DNA of 64,000 nucleotides from Lepidodermella squamata (Eukaryota; Animalia; Gastrotricha): NCBI GenBank assembly GCA_047495785.1, contig JBLDXI010000028.1, positions 1,240,001 to 1,304,000 of the forward strand, read 5' to 3'. Shown piece by piece: positions 51,211 to 64,000 of this stretch (position 1 is its first letter; each line of letters starts with the position of its first letter). The notes under the pieces were generated by a model. It saw only the letters and a program-made list of their open reading frames with translations, ran no database searches and was not told where the DNA came from. The position numbers and the translations under genes were made by a program.

Positions 51211-52397
51211 ATGAATCAGTTGTATTATTCGCCTCACTATGATCCTGGCGCAATGTTTTATGCACAGTTGCCGAGCGAAGATGTCGAAGTTAATATTTTG
51301 GGACAGTCTTTTAATGCAAAAAACGACCAAGATGCAATTACAATGTGTGCTCAGAAGTTCTTGTGGCTGACCTATCGCAAAAATATTGCTCCAATATGCG
51401 ACTTATCAAGTTTAACTTCAGATCAGGGCTGGGGCTGCATGCATCGAGCTGGCCAAATGATGCTATCGAACCTTTTTCTACGAATATACAACTTGAACAA
51501 GCTCCCATTCTCTGATGACGTCTCCATCGCAGTATTATCCGAAATTTTATCCCTCTTTGCAGATTTGCCACAATCATTGTTTTCCATTCACTCGGTAACT
51601 TCTGAAGCTTCCACAATCCTCGATAAGAAGGTGGTTTTAATATTATTTTCATTTCGTCGTTGATGATTATTATCTTTGTTTCCAGCCTGGTGAGTGGCTC
51701 GGACCAAACGCCGTTTGCACAGTATTGAAAGAGTTATTTGAAACGGGAGGACGGCCGCTGTTTCCTGATCTCTGTTTGCATGTGTGCCGCGACGGAATAT
51801 TTATAATCGATGAAATTTTATCGCTTTTGGAAGATAGCACGCAGTGCAATAAAAAATTGTTTCTCATGATACCGCTCCGTCTGGGTCTCACCGAGATTCA
51901 CCCTCAGTATTTGCCTTCAATTGTCAAAATAATGCGCATGAGTCAGTTTGCTGGCTTCTTGGGTGGGAAACCTAATCACGCTTGTTGGTTCTACGGGATT
52001 TATGCTGATAAAGAACTAATGTGCTTGGATCCTCACACCACCCAGTTATTTATTGGTTAGTTTTACGATCTATTCGATTTCACATTTATTTCTCTGTTTT
52101 ATAGATCCATCAGAAACTAACGATTATTCATCATATCACTGTTCTTATATCACGCGCATTCCGATTGCCAATTTGGATCCGAGTCTTGCGTTGACATTTT
52201 ATTGCGATAACACTGATTCTTTTGTACAACTTAGCTCCGAGCTGAAAGAAATGTTCAGAATTGAACCATCTGCTGCCTTGTTTGACGTTGTCCAAGAAAT
52301 ACCTCCGACTATTTCGTCTTCAATGGCCGATTGGCCGCTCACTAGCAGCGAAGATTCAAGTTCAGACTGCGCTGGCCATGATTTTGAAGTCATTTAG
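51211..52397 (+). CDS. ATG4: Cysteine protease ATG4; exons 51211-51630, 51686-52055, 52104-52397 (an in-frame upstream exon 50968-51043 is possible)
   Basis: [23 protein letters not shown] (catalytic Cys), PGEWLGP, IPLRLG, GGKPNHA, LDPH (catalytic Asp/His), LDPSLAL, C-terminal LIR DFEVI. Confidence 0.95.
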
Positions 52398-52555
52398 CAC
52401 TGTTATCTACGGCTTTCTTTCTATCTCTGTCTCTAAAACAATTATTAAAACAGAAAATTAAATGTCTAGATTTGCAACAAACGTTATGATTTATCATAAA
52501 ATTTATGTGTCTATGAATACCTATGTTTTGTATTTAGATATTCTAAAAGTGAAAG

Positions 52556-55500
52556 ATGACTCCTGTAGCTACCGGTGAAGTTGCACCTAAGCAGCTGAAA
52601 GATTTTACTACTGCTGAATTGAGCGATTTACTGGGCGAGCTGTTTACTAATAATGTCAATCTGAGCGCTGACGGGTAATTAGTTAAAATAAATTCGTTGA
52701 TTTTATCGAACTATTGTAAAATAGGCATGAATTTTCACGCCCTGAAGCATTGGAATTGAAGGTGGCTATCAACTTGGTCAATCGATCGGACTTTTCCGCT
52801 CTTCCGAAAGATCAGCAATTGAGCGCTGTTCGAATTCTCGGCTTTCTTGCAGCGGCCTTGGAAGCTAACGGCAAGGTCTTCGTAAAAAATCGATTTCGCC
52901 ACCGTTTCAGCTCGAATTCAGGACTCGCTTCGGGAGTTGTGCCTCACCTCGAAGTGATTAGCAACGGCGACTATTCAGCTTTGAACGTCATTGCTCTCGC
53001 AGGAGCTGTCCATGGGCTGTCATCATCGCAGTTGGAGAAAGTTGCGAAACTTCTCATCGAAAATTTCTTATCTCAGACAGACACAATCCCACCTGATCGG
53101 ATAATATCTTGCCTGAAAAGCTTCGTCTCAAAATTGCCGAGTGACGTTTTCGAAAGCGTCATTCTGCCAGCCATTGAGCGAGCGTTACTTCGAAACCCTG
53201 AAACTGCAATTGGATTCGTTTCCGCTCTGATTTGCGCGTCGAAATTCAGAGTCACCCCGCAAATAGCTAAGAGGCTCTGCTCAGCTTGTGGCCTCCAATT
53301 TTTCAGTAACGACGTGAAACGAGCCGGCTACGGAAAGGCGATTTTCGACCACCTTAAAACGCACAGCGAAGACCCTGAAACCGCGAATGTGGTCGGTGGT
53401 TACCTGCTGTCGGCGATTTCCGGCGAGTTAAGCGACGTGAAGTTGACGAATGGCGAACAGCGAAATCGAGTCATCTCGATGCTGGCTTCGTTGACATCCA
53501 GCCCCCACTCTCCGGATCTAGGCGTTCGGATTTTGAACGGACTGAAGCCTTTGATCAAATCAGAAGCGAATGAATCGATTGCTGTTGAGTTGGTGAATTG
53601 CTTCACGCAATGGCTGGTTTCATTGCGCGAACCGTTGAGCCCAGAAAAGGTTGCTTTCATTAAATCTGTCCATTCCGCGAAATCATCTGGCGCTTTACTT
53701 CGAGCCTCACTGCTTTACTGCGTTATCTCGACGGAAGATACGTCAGCTATGGCGACGTCATTTGTCGAAATTATCACGCAGACTTTCACGAAAACGAAGG
53801 GCCAGATGGGGCAGGTCAATTCATGCGCTGAGTTATTCGTCGCCGCTTTCGCCTCGCTTCGTCTCATAGTTTCAGATTCAAAATTGGAGGCGAAACTGAA
53901 GCCAGTCTGGGAGCACCTACTCGACGCTGCTGTTTTGAATCAGTTGACTAGCGATAAATTTTTCGCCTCCCTGCCGAGATGGGCCTACACCTGTGTTTTA
54001 AAGACGATCGAATCGATTTTCACTCGATTCCCGAATCGAATCGAAACGCAGGTTGAGCAATTCTCCCGGCCGATTTCAATCGCGATTTTACATCAGGATA
54101 AAGAGGTGAGAAACGTCGGCCTGAGCGTTGTCGAAAAAATCTTGGACAGAAGCCCGTTGGCTTACCGATTCGCGAAAAGTTGCGTCGACTCCCTACCCGC
54201 GATTATTTCGGCAAAAACTGAGAATTTAACCGCCCACCATGACAAACACCACCACGCGATCGAATTATTCAAGATTTTTGCGAAAAACCTGAATTCAGCG
54301 TTTGGCGATAACGAGGCGAAGTTATGCATCACTCTATCGCTGCTTCGTTTGGCTTGTACAAAAGATTTGTGCGAGTATCTAACCCCCGAAAAGCTATTTC
54401 ACCGCCTGTTTTCGGCGTTCATGCCGCAAGATTCCAAGCAATTTTTGTCTGAAAATGTCAGTTCACTCCTGAAAAGTGTTTATCTGCATTTTGCACCGCT
54501 TGAGACAGAATGTGCAGCGCTTTCGGTGCTGTTGACCAACTCATCTGCCGTCTCGGTTTCTCATGTCGTGAATTTGTTGATTGGGGTGTTTTCTACGCCG
54601 GCCTTTACGCAAGTCAGTAAGGACGAAGTCGAAATAATGAACGCGGCGGATGGTCAAATTTGGGACCAGGCTGCACTAGAAGCCGTGTTATCGTCTGATG
54701 ATAAAGCGGGCAATGTGAAGCGAGAGAGTAAGGCTTATTCATACAAAGACCAGCAGCTGGAACGCGAACTACGCAAAGAAATGATTGCAAAATCGATAAA
54801 TAATTTGCAAAAATTAGCACCAGCACAAAAGGCTAAGGTAGATGCCTTGTTAAAGCGAGAGGCGGAAATACGCGAACGACTTAGGGCCGCTATGGCGAAG
54901 TTCGACAAAGAGGCAGGAGTAGCGCAGCATCTGTTCAAACAGAAGCAAACAAGCGGTTTGATGCGAGCCTATGCATGGCAGTTTATTTCTAGCCTCACGC
55001 CACTGTTCCATTCACCTCTTGTCGGCGTTCAAGCTAGCGAATTGCTCATTTCAATTGCCCGAAGCGTTTTCAATCGACCAGCCCAACAAGCGCTGGCAAC
55101 ATGCATTTCAGCCGCGTATCTTCGCGCCTTCGATTCCTGTGTCGAATTGAAGAAACCATGGTCGACCTATACGGCGATTGAGCACTACTCGAAATTCGCT
55201 TCCATCCTCATTAATGCCGAGCAAATGGATGCTGGACAATTTTCGTTCGCCTTCCCGTTGATCAACCATCTAGTCCGCATTAGGAACGGGCTAATTCGCG
55301 AGGATGCCGCTAATTTGATTTCCATGTTGCATGAACGATTCACGACTTACGATCCGAAGACAAATTCGGCATTTTTGCCCCGAAAAGACTTCCTCGACCT
55401 GATTTTCTACATGTTGGAAAACGGGAAACTCGAGGAAGAACTCGCCGCTACGATTCTAAGCGACTTCTGCCGAACTAATTTCATCGTTGATAACGGCGAT

Positions 55501-58500
55501 TATTTCGATGAAGAACTTGCGGAGGAATTGATCAAAATGGCCCTGCATCAGTCGCCGCTGGTTCGAAGAGCCGCCTTGAAAGTGTTCAACCAATTCGGCG
55601 ATTTCATTTCAAATGTCCACCCTGGTCTTTCCGTCGAATTTCTCGGCTCGATTTTGATCGCATCCTACGATTCAGATGACGCCTCGAGGGAGTTAGCGAA
55701 TAACGTCTGGACTAAATCTTGCAGTTCCCCGCCGATTATGCCGGAATTCGTTCGACCGGCCCTTCGAGAGGTCCAATCGACTAGGACTAGTGAGTTGCGA
55801 GAGGCTTGCGCTGCCGCCCTAGCTGCTATTGTAACAGCCTGTCCGATGCTGGTCAACTCAGTCCTGCTTGAATTATTCGCAATCTACCGCCGTTGCCTGC
55901 CAGCCGCGCCGAAGAAGGACGAATTCGGCCGGCCTATCATACCATCAGCGGCAGTTCAGCAGCAAATGATTGAATATCAGGCGATTCGTCTATCAGTCGC
56001 GGCTTGTTTCGACAAATTAGCCCCGGCTGTTCCTGTTTCGCAGCTGAAAGAGGTCTTCCAATTTTTGATCCCAACCCCACTCGCCGACCCGTTCGACGCA
56101 GTTCGCGATCGAATGCTAACAGCTGCGACCGCCCTGTTGGCTGATAAGGGCCCGGATGTCGTCGATATCGTGCATCCTTTGATGGAGAATTTCCTGAAAA
56201 TCGCAGCGCTTGACGACGCGACGTTAGACCCAGCCCGCCAGGCTACCGTGGTTCTAACCGCCACTGTCGCTCGCCATTTGGCGAAGGAAGATCCTAGGGT
56301 TAGGTCGGTTATGCAGCAGCTAACCGAGACCTTATCGACCCCATCTGAGCCGGTTCAAATTGCTGTTGCGAATTCAATGGCCCCGCTTGTTCGATCGATC
56401 CCGAAAGACGAACTGCCAGCTGTTGTCGAGAATTTGCTCAAGGTTTTGTTCGAGGGTGATACTTTTGCCGAGAGGCGAGGTGCTGCCTACGGTTTGGCTA
56501 GTATCGTGAAAGGCCACGGTATTGTTGCGTTGAAACAGTTTGAACTAACCTCGCAACTTCAAGCGGCGATTGAGGATAAGAAGAGTACGAAGAAGCGTGA
56601 GGGTGCGCTGTTTGCGCACGAAATTATGTGCCGCATTTTGGGCGTGATTTTCGAGCCGCATATCATCACGTTTTTGCCGTGTTTGCTCACGAGTTTCGGC
56701 GATTCGCAGCAGAGCGTTCGTCTAGCCGCTGATGATTGTGCAAAGGAAATCATGTCGAAGTTGACCGGTCATGGTATCAAGCTGGTTCTCCCTATGCTTC
56801 TCGAGGTAAATAAAAAATTCTATAAATTGAAAAAATCCTGTTTGCTGAATAATGTAGACAACTCGGGAACCAGCTTTCAGTTATACAATTATTAGCTAAA
56901 TTAGTAACTAAATAATTCCAAACATTTAGCTCAAATTGCGCTACTTCTCTACTATTCGTAGGGGGTTCCAATTTCACTTATTTGAAATCTTTTGCTCGAA
57001 TATTCTACAATGGATATTAGCTTGAAATTGGTCAAAATAGGACCTGAAGCAAATCGAATCTTCAAATTTTTCGATAGCTTTTGGGGCGATTATCGATATT
57101 AAACGAATTTACAGAGGTTTGAATGTTCAAAAACCCAACATAAGTATTGCAAACTTGAGATCGAACTAGATAAGACAAGGCCGAATCGACGGTGAAGTAC
57201 AGTTCAAATGAATATGTTCAGCAAAAATTGTCCATTAATCCGCAACTGGAACCTCATATGGAATAATACGAATAGTACGAATAGTAAAAGTCGCTTTTTT
57301 CTGGTACGTACTCAATTAAATTTGACCTAATTACGTGAAATTACTCATGTACACGCAACCACCCGGCTACTTTGTCCCATTTCATGGCACCGTGAATTTA
57401 ACTAGGGAACTATGTAGTTAAGGTACGTCTAATTACTTCAGATGCGACAACAGTGTGATTTTCCGGGAAGTTTTACGTCACTTTTACCTAAAAAAGATTA
57501 CCTAAGACAAATTGCGATGAACTTGCGCTTATATCATTCGCAAGGTTGATGCCTGGTAATAGGCATGTATTAGAATAGGTCACTTCATTTTTCGAAACTC
57601 ATCTAGATAATTAGGCACTTCTGCTAATAATTTTACAACTAATACTTGGAACTGTAAAAAGTCTCAGAACACCTAAATAACAAGCGCAAGTGAGGATAAA
57701 CGTCCAGTACTACATTGAATTGGATAATTAGCGACATGATTGGACATTAAATTAAGTCACAGACAAAAGTGTCATTTATTTATAGCTTCTGACGCTGATT
57801 GATTTTGAAAAATAAGGAATTGTTTACAAATTGTAGTTAGTTTTGAGCAAAATTTTGATGGAAAATATCTTGTAGTTTTGGAAAGTCTTCATGTTATCTA
57901 TGCTATTTTTTTTATTTTCAGGGCTTAAAATCTGAGCAATGGCGGACAAAATGCGCGTCCGCGGAACTTCTCGGCGCCATGGCTTACTGCGCGCCGCGTC
58001 AATTAAGCGCCTGCCTGCCAACAATCGTCCCGTTGCTTATGGAAACTGTCAATGATTCTCACGCAAAGGTGCAAAAAGGCGGTGAAAACGCGTTGCGCAA
58101 CATTCAATCCGTCATTAAAAACCCGGAGATTCAACAAGTCTCCGGCGCTATTATCGACGCTTTGCTCAACCCGTTGGAGAAGAGCTCGAATTGCTTGAAG
58201 ACGCTAACTTCGACTCGTCTGGTCCATCGCCTCGACGCGCCGTCTTTAGCCCTGATTATGCCGGTTATTCAACGTGCGTTGAACGAAAGACACACGGAAC
58301 CGCGTCGTTGCGCGAATCAATTGATTAACAACGTCAATACTCAGGCAGAAAGTCGCGATTTCGAACCTTATATCGCGTCATTGCTACCTGGTGTTAAGCA
58401 GTCACTGCTCGACCCGGCTCCTGATGTCCGCTTAGTTGCGTCGAAAGCCTTGGGGGCTCTCGCTTCTTGCCTCGGCGAAAATCTCCAGCAAGAATTGTTG

Positions 58501-61500
58501 CCGTGGTTGTTGGAGATGTTGATTTCCGAAACCAGCTCAGCCAATCGATCGGGCGCCGCCCAGGGTCTTTGCGAGGTTGTGCGCGTTATGGGTCAGACCA
58601 AACTCGACCAGCTGGTCCGTGAGGCGGTTTCGATCAGCAAACGGCCGGATATTCCGGGGGCTACTCGCGACGGCTATTTGCTGCTGTTCGTCTTCCTCCC
58701 AAGCGTTTTTGGCGATGATTTCGCGCCGCACGTTGTCACGGTTATTCCGGCAATCCTGCGCGGTCTCAGTGACGAGTCTGAAGTCGTCCGTGAAACTGCT
58801 CTGCGAGGTTTGTTCCTAAGGAAATAATTTCTATACCATGATAATTTAGCGTCAAGCGTCAAGTTATTCGTTCATGGTTTTTCGCGATTTTTCATAATCT
58901 TGCAGTATGAAATCAAAATTTGTCGATAACATCGTAAAATTTTAAAGGTAGACAAGCCAAAGTGAGCTCTACACTCATTTTGAATTGCTCAGCATTGTCT
59001 TTCAAAGTGTAAAAGTAAACTTAAGGGCCAGCAAACTGAATTAAGATTATGCCCTACTTATCACGCCTCCCCCATATGGAAAGCATTGGGATTTTTTTGA
59101 GGGCACATAATTCAGCTGTGCGCAGGAAAAACATTGAAATTTCAATAGTATTCATTTCCAGAATTGATTATTTTTTTAAACGGAATTCAGTAACTAAAAA
59201 TGTTTTTGGCATGCTATATTTTATTCGCTCAGGAATTTAGCTGATTTCTTTCAAATTTTTTCAAATTTGATTTTCGCTCTACTTGAGGTAGCATCAGCGA
59301 TGGAAGAATATTATTAATTTCATAATTGAATGGAATTAATCCTACTATTATTTTATTTATTTATTCATGCGTATGGTCGATCAATTGTATTTTTCCTTCG
59401 ATTGCCGTAAAAGGGACTGTCATAACTAGTTTTTAATTGTCGATCCGGTAAAATTCGGATTAATTTTAAGACGATGGCATTGTGACGTATGCGGTTTTGG
59501 AAATTCACTCCGTCTTTATTTCACGCGAGCGGTAAATTATCTGTCTTGATTCAGTTTAACTCAACGGTAGAAGCTGTCTTACCCAAGGTCATGAAAATGG
59601 ACCCTCGTGGCTAGAAATTTGTCGCGGAAGAATATTTTCGATTTAATCAGAGTTTTTATTTTTATTTTAGCTGGCCAACGTTTGATCCAACTCTACTCGC
59701 AAAAGGCGCAGGAGTTGTTCGTGCCCGAGCTCGAAAAGGGCCTCATCAACGACAACTGGCGTATCCGCTACAGCTCAGTCATTCTTCTCAGCGAGTTCTT
59801 GTTCAAGGTCGCCGATATCACGGGCAAGATGACTTCGGAAACGGCCGACGACGATGATACATTCGGCTCGGACCGCTCGCATCAGCGCATCAAGGAGATT
59901 ATGGGCAAGGAGATGAGCGACCGCGTGCTCGCTGGTCTGTATCTCGGCCGGCAGGACGTTGCGCTGGTGGTTCGCCAGGCGTCGATCCACGCATGGAAAC
60001 TCATCGTGCCGAACACGCCGAAAATTTTGCGAGAAATCGCCCCGGCCATGCTGCAGACAATTGTGCTAACATTTGCGAGCCGCAATCAGGACAAGATTCA
60101 AATCGCGCAGCGTACCCTGGGCGATATCGTGCGCAAACTCGGCGATCGTATGCTCAATGAAGTTATCGTATTCTTTGACAAGACGCTGCTCGAGAACAAA
60201 TCGCTAGGTGACGACGATGAGGAACGCGAGATGCGACGCGAGGCCGTCTGTTTGTCGCTCAGTGAAGTCATCGCTAACGCTAACAAAGACCAGCTTCAGG
60301 TTTGTGTGTGTTGCTGCTAATAAGTATCTAATACCGCGAGATGAAGCCAAGCATTATCTTGCGAATTAGTCCTAAGTTGAGCCTTTTCACAGGCCGTCCG
60401 TTTAGTGTCTATTATATAGTCGCAAAGGTTACTCCGCTGTACCTGTCTATTTTAGTGTTTATGTTTCTAGTACTATTTTATATTATAAGTTAAATTTTGA
60501 GGTTACATATTTGGATTGTCCTAAAACAATTCAAAAATTGACACTTATCAGTGAATTTTTTTCTAATAATTTTTCTGGTGAAGATGAGATTTAATTTTGA
60601 GCTAGCTTTTCATAAAAATTTTAATTTATTGCAAATTTTGGTATTTTTTATCATTTTAATATTTTATAAATTTTTGAAATTTTTGAAAAATTTATATTAT
60701 AGTTATTGATTTTTTGGTCGATTAAATCAATATTTACCAGCTAAATTTTTTTATTTTTTCGATGTGATAAAACATCACGGAGTCGTATTTAGAGCCGAGT
60801 AAGTAAAAGGGAAATAAATTTAGCGATTGTAGCAACCACAAATTGTTGCCTTTTTCGGAGGAACACTATAAATCCTGCAGTAAGATTTCTGTTTCTGTAC
60901 GTTTTTCAAACATTCTAGGATTTTTAGAATTTTTAGGGAAACCGCTTTCCAGTTTTGCTAATTTTTTAAGCCATGATCTACAATTTTGATTTACAAATTT
61001 ATTTGGTTTTTATTTAAAACCACAAGAATTTTCGGAATAATTATATAAATTTTGGAATATTTGATAGAAAACTATGCTATAATTCACGGCCCTTGAAAGC
61101 GTCTACTGTAACATAGATAGCTCGACCATGCTATGTCGTGGTTTAGAATCAAACATCTGAAATGCATGCGATTCAAGGAAGGTAAACAGCACGTATTTCA
61201 AAGCCATGCGATATAACACATGTGGTTAATGTATAAGTCTGTTCTCTTACTTACACTCGTATTAACTATTAAGTGGCGGTATGATGAAAGTACTGTTCGT
61301 AAGAAAAAACTAGTGTTTAGGCAGGAGAGTAACCTTTTTGTACGGTCGTTTAATAAAGTGTTGGTTTTTTCATTCCAGGTATTTTTCAAAAATTTGGCTT
61401 CACCAATCAAACGCGCTCTTCTGGATGAGTCGCCGACTGTTCGACAACTGGCTGCGAAGTCGTTCAGCAGCCTTCACTCGGTCGTGTCCACGCAGGCTAT

Positions 61501-64000
61501 CATCGACATTGTCACACCGCTATGCGACCCGACGACCTTGACAGAAGAAGAGGCGGAATACGCCCTCGACTCATTGGCACAAATTATGTCGCTGAAATCG
61601 AAAACAGTCCTACCTTCTCTACTGCCCCATCTGCTGCAGCCTATTCCGAACACGAAGGCTCTTGCAATGATTTCCGAGGTCGCCGGTGAGGCGATTGGCC
61701 GGTCGATGAACATCATTATCCCGGCTTTGCTAGACGCTGTGACCACGACTAGGAAGAAAACGCCGGAGAACTTGCAGAACTGCCTCGTCGAGTGTCAATC
61801 TGTCATGTTGTCTGTTGAAGACGACGACATTTCCCGCCAAATTTTGACCAGTCTCCTAGCCGCATGCGTCTCGGACAACGAACAACGATGCTTATCAGCC
61901 TTGTCACTGCTAACTGTCTTCCTTGAAGAGACCGATTTGGAGGTTAACGACCATGCTATGGCGATTTTCAAGGCGCTATTGCTCCTATGCCGCTCGTCGA
62001 ATGTTGAGTTGCTCGAAAATGTCTGGGCCGGTCTGGATATGTTGGTGTCAAAACGTCTCGAGCCGGAAGATTACCTGTCGAATATGAATTATCTACGCCA
62101 AATCGTACATACAACCATCGGCAATTCAAAACCACCCCTGCCTGGTTTCGTCCTTACCAAAAAGGCCGTTCTTCCTATTTTGCCGATTTATCGCGATTGC
62201 TTGTTGAACGGCACGCCGGAGGTGAAAGAATTGGCGGCTTGTGGTCTCGAAGAATTGGTCAACTATTCAAGCGCTGATGTGTTGAAAACTCAGGTTATCA
62301 ACATAACCGGCCCGTTGATTCGAGTTTTGGGCGATCGTTTCGGCCCGAATGTCAAAACAGCGATTTTAGGCGCGTTGGACGCCCTCCTTAAGAGCTGCGG
62401 GCCCCTGTTAAAGCCGTTTATTCCGCAACTGCAGACTACCTTCAACAAGTGTTTGATCGATACTCAACGACCGATCCGGCAACGTTGCGCCCAGGCCTAT
62501 GGCGGTCTGGCGTCGATTCACATGAGGCCGGAGAGTTTGTTGACGGATTTGACGAATTTAGTTCGGTCGAATGCAAGTGAACCCGGCGTTCGCGAGTCGA
62601 TTTTAGTCGCGATTCGTCGTTGTCTGCTGTGCCTGACCAACGGCCGATGCCCTGATGCTGGGGCTAGCGCGTTGTGCGACTGTCTCTTCCAGACTTTCGT
62701 CTCATCGCCGGATATCACGACCCGCCAAGCTGCTGCCGGATGTGTCGGGACACTTCTAGTTGCTGGCTCTGACGCGTTTTTCGAGTCGACGATTAAATCG
62801 AAGCTCATCAATATCGATGCGAACTCGCAGGAATGGGTGCAGGTGCATTTCAGGGTCATTTGCTTACAGCCGTTGTTGATTGCGGCCCCGCAGCGGTTGA
62901 GCAAGTCGAATTTGTTGGCGCAAGTTGCCGGCTTCGCCAAAAAATGCGTCGAATCATCGCAGGTTATGCTCAAATCATCAGCGGCCCGACTTTGCCTCCA
63001 GGTTTTGAAATACCAGGTAAGGATTATTCTTCAAGACCAGTTTTTTAAACCTCCAGGTGTAATTCGAACGCTCTAAATTTAAAAAAAAGCTGACATATTG
63101 AAGCATCTGAATTTTTTTTATTTTCCGACGATCGACGCTTCTAATATCTTAGTTCGAATTTCCAAGCTCGAGGTTTCATATGTCATTATCATCTTTTGTT
63201 ATAATTGACCTTTTAGCGTGCTTATAACATTCTGAATTTCCTTGAAATAATATTGAGTGGCAATTTCGATTTTTTGACTAGTCAGCCCAGTTTATACCAC
63301 TTGAAGTTTTTAATCTATATTTGAGCCCCATTATTAGCTCTCATTCTGGAAATGATAGGAAATTTTTCTAACATTTAAGGCTGCGAATTGCTTTGTCATA
63401 TTAGCGACTCATTAATGGAAGGAATTTTATTTTTCGCAATTTTCAAATTTTCGAATATTTTTGGGAGATTTTTTGCTCAAGCAGTTTTGCAGTCGCTTCC
63501 ATTTTAATTTTTTCCTCCTTAAGCATCCTCCTGCAAATGGTGCCCATTCTCATTTTTTAATTGTATTTATTTTGAGCAACCACTAACATCGGTGGTTTTT
63601 CCGAGAAACTATGAAGGAATGAAATGAATAACGGATATTTCTTATTGAAAAATCGTTAGGTAACTGAACTGGCTGCTGATGCCGATCCAGATATCGTAGC
63701 TGCGTTGGTTGGCATTTTGAAATCAGGCTCGAACGAAGTGCGTGAGGTGATAGCTAGCATGTTGTACCAATTCGGCGTCGATGTGGCCGAGGACAAGGGC
63801 AAACAGCCGCCGAGCCCGAAATTCGTGAGTGAACTCGTGCCGCAGTTGGTTATGGGCACTAAAGAGAAGCAGATGACGCTGCGGCGCGCGTGCGAGTGCG
63901 CCCTAGTCGAGCTGTTGCGGCTGCGCGACCCATCGTCGGATATGTACGCGAAGGTCAGCGATTGCTTGGACAGTGGTATGAGTGAAACGCTGCGTGAGTT
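52556..64000 (+). CDS. GCN1: eIF2-alpha kinase activator GCN1, 3' end beyond window; exons 52556-52674, 52725-56805, 57922-58807, 59671-60299, 61379-63016, 63660->64000
   Basis: HEAT-repeat protein with NVKRESKAYSYKDQ, LSTPSEPVQ, ERRGAAYGLA, GAMAYCAPRQLSACLP, DAPSLALIMP, DNWRIRYSSV, ITGPLIRVLGDR, LKPFIPQLQTTF; all introns in frame. Confidence 0.97.

Noticed and set aside
1-64000. tRNA, rRNA, snRNA, SL RNA or snoRNA genes; non-canonical introns or a variant genetic code
   Set aside because: No convincing cloverleaf, Sm-site structure or paired C/D boxes seen by eye. All introns traced were GT-AG and conserved genes read through in the standard code. An Infernal/tRNAscan run would be needed to exclude small RNAs.

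Overview
Gene-dense eukaryotic nuclear DNA, almost certainly from an invertebrate animal (p190RhoGAP, perilipin, ERICH3). It uses the standard code and has GT-AG introns, mostly 45-65 bp, plus a few 0.6-2.7 kb introns that often hold transposon debris. Spliced genes in order: perilipin-like (-, 3' end outside the window), EME1 (-), mitochondrial malic enzyme (-), ERICH3 with a C-terminal LRR exon (+), CAP (-), two poorly characterised genes (+), CAND1 (-), TMEM205 (-), p190RhoGAP (-), ATG4 (+) and GCN1 (+, runs off the window). A ~13 kb accessory island (~24.4-37.1 kb) lies just downstream of CAND1. It holds two extra copies of the CAND1 last exon, a deleted Copia element, several MITEs, an OB-fold relic, and an intact two-exon gene encoding a coiled-coil header plus an atypical kinase reminiscent of Crinkler/CR-type effector kinases. 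That gene is the best candidate for an undescribed system. Other leads are operon-like spacing (ATG4-GCN1), the ERICH3-LRR fusion and a CAP lacking its RLE oligomerisation motif. All family assignments come from motif recognition by eye; no database searches were run.
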